Below, piece by piece: positions 50,901 through 63,000 of a stretch of DNA of 64,000 nucleotides. Every line of letters begins with the position of its first letter. The first letter of the stretch is position 1. The stretch is taken from the NCBI GenBank assembly GCA_002633005.1, contig NMRA01000951.1, forward strand, positions 25,947-89,946, in the 5' to 3' direction. The notes beneath the pieces are model-generated. The model was given only the letters and a program-made list of their open reading frames with translations. It was not told the DNA's origin and searched no databases. The DNA is from Phoronis australis (Eukaryota > Animalia > Phoronida). The translations under genes and the position numbers were made by a program.

Positions 50901-53900
50901 GCTTTTTTGAGTACGACTCCAGTGAGCACGATTTTAAGCATGAAATTTCGAGTATGAGTATGAGTCTGAGTACGGAGATTGGAGACCGAGCCCAGGTTAT
51001 AGATTAATGTACATAATAATTATGATCAATTATGAAACTGCCGAGGAACGGTCAGCTGCGATAACATAATCAGCAGTTGGGTGGGATGAAAAGTGACAAA
51101 TTTGGATGATGTAATAGGTGAACAGTCCCTTGCCAACGTAATTCAAATTTAGACAAGAGAATCCAGTGCCCAAGGCTTCACAGGAATAGAAAATGTGTAA
51201 TCTCAAGAAAATTGTGGGGACCACCATCAGCAGAAAACGAAATTACACATTACTCCAAGGAATAACTATTTAGCATTAACAAGACTATCTTTCAGGAATC
51301 ACGAAAAGTTTTAATAAGTTTCCCCTGGGGTTGGTACAGTATCCATACTTTGCACTTATTTTATTACAAAACATCCTGACAATGTCACAAAAATCGAACT
51401 TTGAGTATATGTATCATTTGCATTTTCTTGTCTCAAGCCAGAGATCAAAAGACATACCGCATCAACTTTGTCATGGAATCTAGATCGTGGACTTTTCCTT
51501 GATCTCTGAGGAAGATCTTAGCTCTTGGTGAATTACTGTAGGAAAAGAAGTCTCCATATTTTTCCACCATCTTCGGGGCCCAGCTTATCTCTTGTATATC
51601 TTTGAAGAACCTGGAAACATTGCAATTAGGTTAGTGATTTCCATGCATCATTAACAAAATGATGACATCTCAGGAACATCTAGTTAATAATATTTATTTA
51701 TCATTTACCCAATGAAGTTGATTACTGTTTGTCAAATAACATGGGTGACACCTAAAAATTTGTCACTTGAAAATTTGAAAATAATAGAAAATCAAGACTG
51801 GTAAAAAGTATACTAACAAACCAGGGTGGCCACGGCTGATCTCTGAACTCGAACACCCAATCGTTCTTGACATTTCCTGTTAACTCAAGACAGAACATGA
51901 AAGTGTCCATCAATCTCTGCTTGTCAGTACATTATGGTTTACATGAATAAATGTAATCCTAGTTTACCCTTGATAATCTCAGTATTGATTAAAACCCTTC
52001 AAGTTTGAGGCTGAACTTGAAATTGGACCAACAAGGGCAGATTTGAACAAGAAATTATCCGACGTGTAAACAATAGTACTCGTCAATTTTAGTAGTTTTG
52101 AACATTGATTTCTCTTCAGTACCAGAGAAAATTTGAGCTCAATCTAATGTCAGCAAGGGAATATTGTCCAAGATTTTTGATTTTCCTTCACTCAATGGAG
52201 TTGTCAGGTGTCAAAAATGAAGATTTGTGACATTGTTTTAAAAAGTTATTGAATGCTGGTATCTTTCTAGTTTGATGGTAAATGGAAAATCTGAGCAAAG
52301 GTTCCCCCGCATCTTGACAGCAGGAATATATAGTATAAACATGGGCAGAAGATGGAAAGTTAAAAAATGATTAATTTGAAAAAATTTCGTGAAGTTAATA
52401 CTCACGCCAGATTGTAACTTGGCCAGTACATTGTGGAGGTCAAGTGGCTGGTCATATCCTCAGCTTTCATGACTCCACTGAAACAGTAAAGGTTAACTGC
52501 AGCTGTGCTTGAACCTCCGTCCAAACCAGGACAACCAGAGCCAGGAGGAAATCCACCATTGTTCAACATGGGCTGTTTGTGACCTCTTATGATAGCCCAA
52601 TTATGTCATAAACTATGTGGTTCTCGGATGCTATCATACAGATCTGACTATAAGCATCGTTATACTATACATAACAGCGCTGCAAGCAAAAAATAAGTGT
52701 AGTAGAACTTTGAATTTTTTCTTAATATATCACATAAAAGTTTTATGAAAGTTGTGTAAGATCATTGTGTAACAATCATTACCTAGAGAGCTTGATGACC
52801 TTTTCTTAAATAATGCTGTAACATCAGCAGGTGTTCTACTCTGTTGAGATAATTCAAAGTTCCACTTCAGTTCACATATTTCATTGTTTTTTGGCAACGA
52901 ATTTCACCAGAAAATATCACAGCCATCATGAGTAAAGGTTGACTGCAGCCGTGGTTTGACGCATTTGGTGCAAGCAATCTTCCAACAATAGAATTATCTA
53001 CGAGACACCCAGTTTGGCAAAATAAAATGCCCAACCCCAGCTTTTCTATATTTTTTGTATTAAAAACCCTCATGCTCATTTAACCCTCACCTTCTGGTTT
53101 CGAAGTTTCTCAATTTAAACATTAGGCTTTAATCCATTACAAATGAATTTGGAATATACTTACGGCATCTGCTCAACAACCCACAGAAGATCTGAAGTGG
53201 GTTGTTTACCAGGAACAAACTGTTTGTAATCTACAATCATCCACTGGTTGTTGTAACTGAAACAATGATGCAGAAACAGTGTTAATGATTGATCTGTGTA
53301 TTTCTCTGTCTCATATAATACAGTACTGCATGGACTAGATGTAAAATCTTGTCAAAATAATAAGACTGTACAGGTAAGTTATTAAATTAACATAGCTTTA
53401 ACAAATGCACAGACAAAAGTTATTCAAAATAAACTTAAAAGTACAATACGTACGTGCCACTGTTATATTTTGAGAACAAATCCACCCAGCTGTGCCCATC
53501 CACAGCCAGCCGATTGGCTACAATGACACGTATATTCTCGAGCACAGAGTCGACGGGGTATACTTTCTTGTTCAAATTGGGGTTGTTGTTCTCTATAGTA
53601 GTTTCCAATGAGACCTGAACGTAAGAAACGGGAAAATATTGAAACAACATCTTGATTGAAAACAGAACCCTTCATGACTTGCCTGCCTCTCGTGTCACTA
53701 ATTTTTTTACATCACGTTTATCAAGGTGAATATACATAATACTTAAAAGTACAGACATTGTCAGCAGGATCTGTTGTCATGGTTACTATCAACTGCTGTC
53801 ATCTGTGCGCACTCATTTTTTGTCAAAAGAATAAAAAATTCTTTAGTCAGATTGCAAATAAAGTCTTAAGCTGGGTAAATAAAATGCTTAGTTAGAGACA

Positions 53901-56900
53901 TATGTAAAGTCTCGCCAACTTAGGGCACAGCATGGCGGACACATGCAATTAATACTTCTTTCATATAAGTATCATTATATAATTAGGCAGCAGTGCCTCT
54001 CTGGTGCAGAGTTTGTTCAAGACCATTAATTCACAGGCTACAGTGAAGCACTGTGTGTGTGTAGTCTGTATTCAATTAAACCCTGATGCTGTGCCCACTG
54101 GCCAGCTATTGCCCAATTGACATTATAGGCTCTGTTTGATCACCTGCTATGCCAAGTACCCTGTTGCCATGTTGTGAATGGCTTGCTGTCATGACCTTTA
54201 CAATGTCTCACTAGTCATTGAGGTCTCATTTTATTTCTTGCCTTCAATGAATGTAGTATATATTCGAAGTACTGTGGTTTAATATAATTTTTAAAACAAT
54301 TTTCTATCGTTTGTTCCTTTAACGTCGCTCGAGGAGCTAAAACACAGAAGCGATTCACACACAATGAGCATTGTTAGACAATACGACAAACGGATGAAGA
54401 AGTAATCATTGTCCTATCGTTTTCAAAGATAAATATCATTAAATAAATGATTGTCGATTTAAAGTTCTATATCATTACTGTTACCATCAGACAATGTTTT
54501 GAGAAATTTTGGGCATACACAACAATGCTAGAAACTTTAAATTTGAAAAATGAAAACAGTGACCTTAGTAATTATTTTGTTTGAAATTCATAAGACTGTA
54601 AAATAAAGTCAGTCAGAAAATTGAAAACAACTATAGTTTTACTTTAGGCCTCAAAAGCCACCTTCATCAACAATGAGTTTATAACAAGGATATGAGGGCA
54701 AGAGACAGGCAAGGAGCCTGGCAGCCTTGAGCATTGTAGAGCACCACCTTACGGTGTGATTGTGACTACTCTGTGTTGGCTCTTATTCAGTTAGGACTAC
54801 GTGTACAGCCCTTCTCTGCCACGGTCACTAGCACTGTTACATGAAGCTGTTACAGGGTTGTATGTACTCACCAATCCAGATGACAGCAAGTAGAAATCAT
54901 CTCCAGACAACATGACGCCAGGATAAGAGGAGAATGTCATCACTTGGCCGGGAATGAGAGGCTGAGATGGACCTGGACATGAAGAAGAACATTAAGGGAG
55001 TGTCTTCACTTGGCAAGGAATGGCTAGCTAAGACAGACTTGGACATGAAGAAAGAGCATTAAAAGCATGCCATCACTCGGCCAGGAATCAGAAAGAGACA
55101 GAGATGAACACGGAGAAAGAACATCAAGAGAATGCCACTGATTTAACACGTGTCATGTAGAAACAGTCAAGGGGTACATCTTGCATGAAACTGGAAAACA
55201 TTCAGAACTTGAAAGCTTTTCGAAAACCCAGCACACTTGTTAATATTCTGTCTACATATTCAAATGCATGAGTCCAACGTTTCGATGACGTTCAAGTCAT
55301 CATCCTCAAGGAATATATGAAACTACAACAAAAAGTTTCAGAAGAAACAAAATTAATTGTTGAACCAAAACTCACTTGTAAAGCAGTCACATGCAAAGGT
55401 CAAGGCTATTCGTAAAGAGTGAGCTCTACCGACCCCAGGTTGCCATTCAGCAAAGCCCTAGCCATTAGATCAACAATGGCAAGGCTCTCCTTAATAGCCA
55501 GTCTGAATCTATTTACATCATTGTGAAGAATTGTAGGATCAGTATAATCAATTACATGGCCTGTTACCATAGAATGAATCCAGAGGGCACTTCTATCACT
55601 TATAGAATGTTCTTTAACTCTTTGACCTAATCTCCTAGTTGTCATACTAACATAAAACTTGCCATGCTGGCAGTAAGCCTGTATACAACATTAGACCTCT
55701 GCAGTACTGACAAAGAATGTCTAATATGTAAATACAGAATATTAATAACAATTGTTCTGTTTTCTACTACTCATATGACCCAAAACCAATATAGTCAAAG
55801 CTATTTGAATGGTCTACATTGGACAATTAAATTACGTGGAGCAGCTGACCAAGTAAGAATTCACACACCAACCTAGCCAGAAAGCTACCTGTATGAAAAA
55901 TAGAGGCATCAAAATGTAGGTATGGAGTGATACACGTAAATTTTAGAATATAGACTTGAAAATTTTTTAACTGCCCAAGTAGTTTAGCTCCTCAGAGGAG
56001 GCAGTGTGGCTTTCTTTACTCAAGGTCATGGGTTAAGAGTCCTCATGCCATGCGCTGGTGCCATTTTCTAATTTTTATGACATCTTTAGTAAAATGATGA
56101 TAAATTTGGAGAAGCAAAATTTGCACAGAAGTCAGATTTGCTGGTAATAAAACACTAAAAACTCATAAAGTGAAACTTGTAATGAACTGTGTACAGGTCT
56201 TGTGGAAAAACAGATGAATGAAGATTTCAGCAAAAAAGAAGGAATTTGGATAATATATGACACTCTATTTCATGGATCTGAAAGCACATCCATATTATCC
56301 CTGAACAGCAGAATAGTGTATAGATTAGCACCTGTAACCTACTTGCTTTACTCCAGTCAGAGTTAAGTTTTTGATGACATTAACTTTATGCGAGATGTCA
56401 TTTCTCCAGCTTCTTAACCACATGATTTAAAGCTGTATATTTGTATAGTTTTAAGCCCAGATTATGACCTACCTGGACCAACATGGAAGGCAAAGTCATA
56501 CTTCTTGAGTATTTTCAACATAGACTGATATGTGCTCCAAGTGTCATGTGCCACATATAGATCTGTGTAACCACTCAACAGCTTAATAAGAGCTGAGCAG
56601 CTTCCAGAGCCAAGATCCCGCTCTCTAGCATGGTAAATGTCATACAATGTGTCCATGTCACCATCAATTTGAAGTAATCTGAAAATGATATTAATTAGTC
56701 AGAGATAAAATACTGAGAAGGACCCAGATTTATGTTCTGAAACAAAATAATCCCAGCATCCCTGACTTTTAAAGTTTAGCTGCACATTTTTCCTCTCTGA
56801 AGTAACATTGAAACAGAGGAATCATTTAATATATTACAGCTCAGCATGTATTTGCATTCATTTCACTGGTTTTCATTTTAAGTTAATCATTCATATAATA

Positions 56901-58695
56901 AATAATAATTACAGGAGGTCTGATACATGTTGTACCAGACGTGCGGAAGCCGCTGAAACTTTTTATACGCTTTATTAATATACAGTCAAGCTAAGGAGCT
57001 AGAGACCTGACTCAAGGGACTAGCAGTGCGCCCTAGTGGGACTAAAACCCATGACCTTGAGTAAAGGAATCGGACACTTATCCCACTAGGCCACACTGCC
57101 CCTCTTTAGAGACATTCATCCTCACTGGCCATTTTGAGAAGCACTACCTAGCTAGATGTTAAATGAAAAATCCTCTCTTTAGATGTTCATTCTGAAAACA
57201 ACAGTGTCATGTAAGCACAACATTGGTGTCATGTAAACACAATATGAGAACAAATCTTACAACAAAATTGGTTTTATGATGTTTCAGCTAAAATAGTACA
57301 TATATCAAAAACCAGTGGCAATTTATGCTACTTTCCACAGGGCAATGAAGAACTGTATCTATACTGTTGAAATAAAATGTAAAAACTTGTAACTACCACA
57401 AAAAGCAAGAATAACGAGTTGACTTACAGTAAGCCAAATGGGTTGATGTGCGGTAATATTGAAGGAATGACGAAGTGTTGTGAGAAGTTATAGTAAGACG
57501 CCTCTAAACCTCGCAGTTGAGCTTGGAACAGGCTTATCTGAAAATAATTAATACTATTAAGATTTAATAACTTTACCATGAAAGATACAATCAAACACAA
57601 AACCAAAAGTCGCCCAGGCACCACCACTCTTGTCTCATCATCAGTTTTGACCACCTCACATCCCTGTAACCACCACTATCATATCCCAGACATTTGACCC
57701 CCTCATATGCTTGGAGCCAACAATACCATATCCTTGACATTTGATCCCTCACATCACTGGAACCACCACTTATCCTAAACATTTGATCCCCCAAGAAACA
57801 CCACTTTTAGAACCTAGATATTTGATCTCCTCACATCCCTGAAAACACCATTTCCATATCCAACAAATTTGACTTTCTTTTATCCCTGAAACCCCCACTT
57901 ACATATCCTAGACAATAACTGGACTAATTCCCAATACCTACCAAAGCCGATGCCACTAACTAAAGCCAAATACTTATCAAAGATGCTGAGGTGACACCTG
58001 ATGCAAAATGACTAAGCAAACAGGTAGTCAGTCCTTACCACACATTTTGATGAATTGTCCTGTCCACTTAGGGTACAATGAAATTACTTGATAATGGGAT
58101 GGAGACAACTAAATTTAAAAACAGAAAATTCAACAAACTGCTTGGATTACTCAGTTACAATGGAAACAGTCAATTCAGCCATGAAGAACAAAGAGTATTA
58201 AACATACAGATAACAGAAACAAAATAACCTGGTGCCAATAAGCGTCGGTTTTGTTTCCGGAGAAAAATATCCAGTTGAAATTGATGTCAATTAATGCCTT
58301 CAGCTTTTGACACAACTGTGAGGAACTGTCAGGAACACAAGGGTCCCCTACAATGGTGTTCTGCCAATGCATGTAGATCATGTCACGAGTCAGTTGTGCC
58401 TCCAGGTAACCAGCTGCATACGATTGGACACTGTCGTCAAAGTTTTCATTGGTTGTTATCTCCAAGTAGGACCACCTGGAAAGCAAAACACAAAACTAAT
58501 AATTTTTAAAAGGAAATGCTAAAGAATTTGTTTTTTTTTTGATGGTTTATATGCAGATCTGTTTACCAATTGTCTTGAACACAAATTCTAGTGTTTGACG
58601 GATTAAAAGCATTTTCCATTCTGAAAAAGCAGGATTTCAAAGCCAAAAAGGCACCAAGAGTGTGAACTGATGGGGCTACCCTTGTTGTAAATATT

Positions 58696-58756
<61 letters not shown>

Positions 58757-59812
58757 GTAAGGCCAAACTGGCACTGAACATAGGACCTTTATACAAATAT
58801 TTGACGACTCCAACTGCTGCAATTTAAAAGAATAGAAGCTTGTGAAGTTTTTTTAAACTTGAAAAAGGGAAATTCCATCAAGTTAAGGCAATAAGGTGAA
58901 GTTCATCTGAAACGGCAAAATTCTCCCCATTTGATAACCTGCTTCTGCTAGGGCGAGGGTAACTTTGCCACAAAACTGGTGAATTTTGGCAATGCAAAAA
59001 TCCCAGGTCCCCAAACGAAATCTGAGGTCACCAAAACTGGAAATCCCAGGTCGCCAAAATGAAATCTGAGGTTGCCCACATGGACGCACCATGCCCCATT
59101 TTCAGAATCTTAGTCGTACCTCCAATCTACATTCAATGTACATTCATTCTGTAACTCAGTTCCTCTCACCAGTGAATGAAAACAGAACGCAGACGATCAC
59201 ATACACTGCCACTAGTGGCGCCTAGCTATTTCACCAATCTTGTCCGATTTTTGCCGAACAATTCCTGACTACGCACGCCAGGGGATATGACGTCATACCA
59301 CCTGCCGCCCGCTGTGTTAAAAATGGCCAGTTATCGATTTTGAGAACTAAACGAAGGACTGCTCAAAGAAAAAGTTTGAAAACGAGAGTATTTGTTGGAG
59401 TTGGAACGTAAAAAATTAAAGATATCTACGGCCTCCTAAGGTATTCCTCAAAGAGCAAAAGGTATTTATAACAACGAGACCTTGATTTTTTAGTCGGTGT
59501 GAGACATAATTCGTGAAAAAGCATCGGGCGTATGAGGCGCCTATAGGACCTACATCGTCTCTATTAAGCTAGCTAGAGACGGTGGTCATTCATTGTCAAC
59601 GACAGTGACCGCCGAGAAACAGAAACATACCCTGTTTCATTAGTAGCTTGCGTAAAATTTCCTGTTGCAACTGTCATGTTTGAAAGCACTAAAGAATCCA
59701 CGAAAGTATACTGCTTTGAAGCAACATCGTAAACAATTGACCCCAACTTCTGAGACACGGAAAAATACAAAACGCTAAGAAAAACACCGAGCCCGTATAG
59801 CACGGTAGCCAT
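47949..59812 (-). CDS. PLBD2: Phospholipase B-like 2 (lysosomal Ntn-hydrolase), 11 coding exons, ~561 aa
   Basis: Exons 59812-59631, 58475-58229, 57537-57428, 56678-56473, 54972-54872, 53614-53454, 53256-53164, 52477-52406, 51610-51458, 49257-49098, 48149-47949. Signal peptide; GSGSCSALIK nucleophile; FSSYPG..SGDDFY; NSGTYNNQWMIVDY; YWPSYN; SARCDLNPA; GPT.DQ.PPFQWSTS. Confidence 0.95.
49684..50992. mobile_element. Harbinger-like non-autonomous element (~1.3 kb) in a PLBD2 intron
   Basis: ~40-bp TIRs ggcccagtctccaatctccgtactcagactc / gagtctgagtacggagattggagaccgagcc. The termini resemble those of the 31098 family. Confidence 0.8.
55273..55710 (-). mobile_element. Penelope-like retroelement 3' fragment (GIY-YIG endonuclease) with a hammerhead-like motif
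   Basis: SNVVY..(frameshift)..FYVSMTTRRLGQRVKEH..SALWIH...GHVID...IL......RLAIKESLAI....LN is the PLE GIY-YIG C-terminal pattern. Downstream lies TTGAGGAT-GATGAC/GTCATC-GAAAC. Confidence 0.8.
56000..56062 (+). mobile_element. Truncated tRNA-derived SINE head
   Basis: ggcagtgtggc..tttactcaaggtcatgggtt is shared with the inverted copy at 57025-57101. Confidence 0.5.
57025..57101 (-). mobile_element. tRNA-derived SINE head
   Basis: Minus strand gggcagtgtggcctagtgggataag...aggtcatgggttttagtccca carries A-box- and B-box-like motifs. Confidence 0.55.
57645..57912. repeat. Degenerate minisatellite
   Basis: Repeated cacatccctg.aaccaccact..atatcc..gacatttga units. Confidence 0.65.
58701..58756. repeat. 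(AAT)n microsatellite
   Basis: About 18 AAT units. Confidence 0.95.
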
Positions 59813-60008
59813 TTTTAAAATCACATGACCAGTCACATGATTAGAAGTATTTTATTGATTTTGAACATGAAAATACTTTATAGTTTTAATAGCAATACAC
59901 ATTAAGAATGAAAATTCTAGATGAATATGGCTGAAAAACTCAAGTTAAGAAAAATAAAATTAATGTAAAAACAATTAGAAGTCAGAAAACGATCAGAGAT
60001 TATTCAAG
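59813..60008. promoter_or_regulatory. Bidirectional promoter between PLBD2 and ALG9 with tandem TCACATGA (M-box/CLEAR-like) sites
   Basis: Divergent ATGs are separated by 196 bp; tcacatgaccagtcacatga at 59821-59840. Confidence 0.65.
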
Positions 60009-63000
60009 ATGTCTGCCTCCATAAGGAGCAGAAACAGAAATGTAAAAAATTCAAATGAAAATGTTGACCTTCAGAACAGGTTCGTTATACTGATCACCGT
60101 TTCTGAATTGAAATTTTTAATTGAATTGGACACTGACTGGATATATCGGTCCCTGATTTTAGAGAACCAGTTCGAATATCGGACCAGTTATTCACTTGAG
60201 TCTTCAGACTTCACCGCTCAGTGATTGCCTTGCAAACCAGCCAGCTAGCTGTATGAAGACTGTCGTCAAAATACAGCTAGGTACCACTCTGTGTATTTCT
60301 TCCGTAGACCCCAAAACTGCACACAGCCAGGGTAGTTCTGCTCGTCACCTCGCCGTGAAACTTGTATCAACATGTAAAGCTAAAGACCGGGGGTGCATGC
60401 AAAATCTGGGAGTCAACCAATACTCACCTTGCCCGTTACAGCCGTTTAAGTGAAAAACAATGCGATAAACGTCATTTTCTTGCAGAACTCTCCACTTTTT
60501 CTAACAATGAAAAGTATGTCGTCGTCTTGAAAACGGTACGCTCGTGTCGTGTCACACGCAAGCGCCATTTCCTAAATTTTTGCGATATTTCTTGGGAGAT
60601 GGTGAAACTTTAGTTGGCAGCAGCAAAATTTCTTCTGAAATTGTTTTTTTCAGTATCAAAATTCTAAAAACTTATAATGAAGTGAAACCAGTTACGATAA
60701 TTTGTTGTGACGTGTACGCAACCTGGCAACCTGGTGAAAGAACAACAGTTGGTTGAAGAATCGGCAAAAAAAGAAACTAGCCAATAGGTGACGCAATATT
60801 TCATGGCACCGAAAGCTGTTGCTAAAGATCGCTCCACAACTTTAGCAGCAGAATAAGGGTAGAACGCCATTTTTTACAACACCGTTAAATAATTTAGTTT
60901 ACTCAAGGAAGACTGTAGTTTTAATGTCACTAATTTTGTGTCAGATTTTATCTTACCACTTTTTACCCACATCGGTGCAAAGCTGTATATTTAGTATACA
61001 GCTTTAAACCAAGGCTACCTTGTTGCCAATGCTAGCTACTCTCGAGGTCCAAATAGTTGTAGAGATAGCAATTACAGTGTAGACCAGAAGTTTTCACGAT
61101 TTCTAATCATAGTAAAGACGGTATAATTGTGCAAATCAGCTACTTCAGGGGAATAATGGTATAGACGGCAAATTTGTAGAAATTTAAAACTATTATAAAT
61201 TGAAATTTATAATAATATTGATTACAAATTTGTGTAAAATTTAACAATGGTAGAAATGGGATTAACAGTACAGAGCATCAAATTCTGTCTTACTCAGCAC
61301 CGTTATAAGTAATTGTTTAAAAAAAACAACTTTAAAATGAACATTGGCATAGTTGAATTATTGATTCGTTGTTCAGTTATTGTAATAGTCATAAGTATTC
61401 CCACTCAACTTATTTACAATGACACTTCTAGAAACATTGTTTCTTAAAATAATTTTGTCAACAGATTTTATAACTTCTCAAAATATGTGTACGTCATATA
61501 GCATTTTTCATGAATATTGTTCATGTTTGGGTTTGAGAATCAGCTTGTTTTCATTTTTCTCCAAGTTCACACTAAAGAGTTTGATAAAAAATAATGAATA
61601 TTCATTTATATGTTTTACTTTTGTAATTCGAGTATTAGTATTAAAAATAAGTGACTAGTTCTGAGTGGAAATACATTTAAGGCCCTTAAAGTGCCATTTT
61701 GGCCACAGTAAGATTAAAAACCAGACGATCGCTGCACAAATGAAGAAGTTCATGACCATTCAGAACCAGCATGCTACTGATTCTCTTAACAACATGCAGA
61801 GCTCAGTGACCCTGCAACTATGGTGATGACCAGCTATTGACTACTCTGTATCTCTCACTTCACTTCATGGATGTCACCTGAGATGTATGTTGGCACTTGT
61901 TGTCCTATGTAAATATCCCGATGATGTATAAAGAATAGACGAAACATTGCTTAATCATGAACTTCTTCATTTGTGCGGCGATCGTCCGGTTTTTAACATT
62001 TTGGAGGACAAATTCAAATGGAAATATAAATCAAGTTGAAAATCTACTCAACAACAACTCCTCAACTCTATTTGGTTCCCAGAACAATGAGTTGTATAAG
62101 GTTTCGAATGTTAGCTTGCTTTATTAAAAAAACTCTTAAAAGATCCCACCTAGTTAAGCCAAATATAACAATTTTCAATCATGCTATCCCAAATGTTTAT
62201 TAGTTCAACAGGAAATTGAGTGAGACCATTTTATTCTTACATACTGCTGGTGCCATTAGTGACGGAGACGTACAACTGACATGGCTCATGCCTGACTCAA
62301 CTGACAAGCCTTACAACACCAGTCTGACTTAAACTTTTCATTGTGCAACAAGGTTTACGTACAGTACGTTTGTTGGTATTATTGGAAGTCCGATTATTTA
62401 AGGTTTGAAATGTACATTTGTATAACTTGGCGAATAAAATCTTTTTAATGTGTATGTTATGACACGTGATTTCTGTGTGTGGAATCGTATTTAGCCTTAC
62501 TAAATTGCAGTTCTGAAGCGAGTGTCCCGGGGTTTAGAGTTATGGACGGAGTATTCTTAATCTTGCAACCAGGGTTCGATACATGGTGTCACCATTAAAG
62601 TTATCGTGTTAATGAAATAAAATTATGAAATAGCCTACTGTTAATTTTAGCTGTCTCAGTGAGTAAATGTTTTAAAGAAAATAGTTCTTTGCACTTTATT
62701 GATTGGCCTTCTGTCTGTTTGACATCCTATTGTGTCTCTCTGTCTCTTTCCTGGTTCTGTTGATGGTATGATATGGCCCCAGCTTTGGCCGTTGTTCATT
62801 TTCTCCCAACATTGGTAGAGATCCCTGTGTGTTGAATGTTCTGAGTCATGTTGTTCATCAAGCAATGCTCAAAAGGCCCCTGGCTACTTCTACAAGCTAA
62901 TTAATTTCATACTTGTTAATCTTTAAACTAAAAAGAGGATATGATAAAGTCAATGGACCGCTGATGTACAAACACATCCCAATTGAGAACGAGGCGTGGG

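Noticed and set aside
62515-62594. tRNA-like segment (GGTTCGAT...CACCA)
   Set aside because: I could not build an acceptor stem or D arm; at most a decayed tRNA or SINE.
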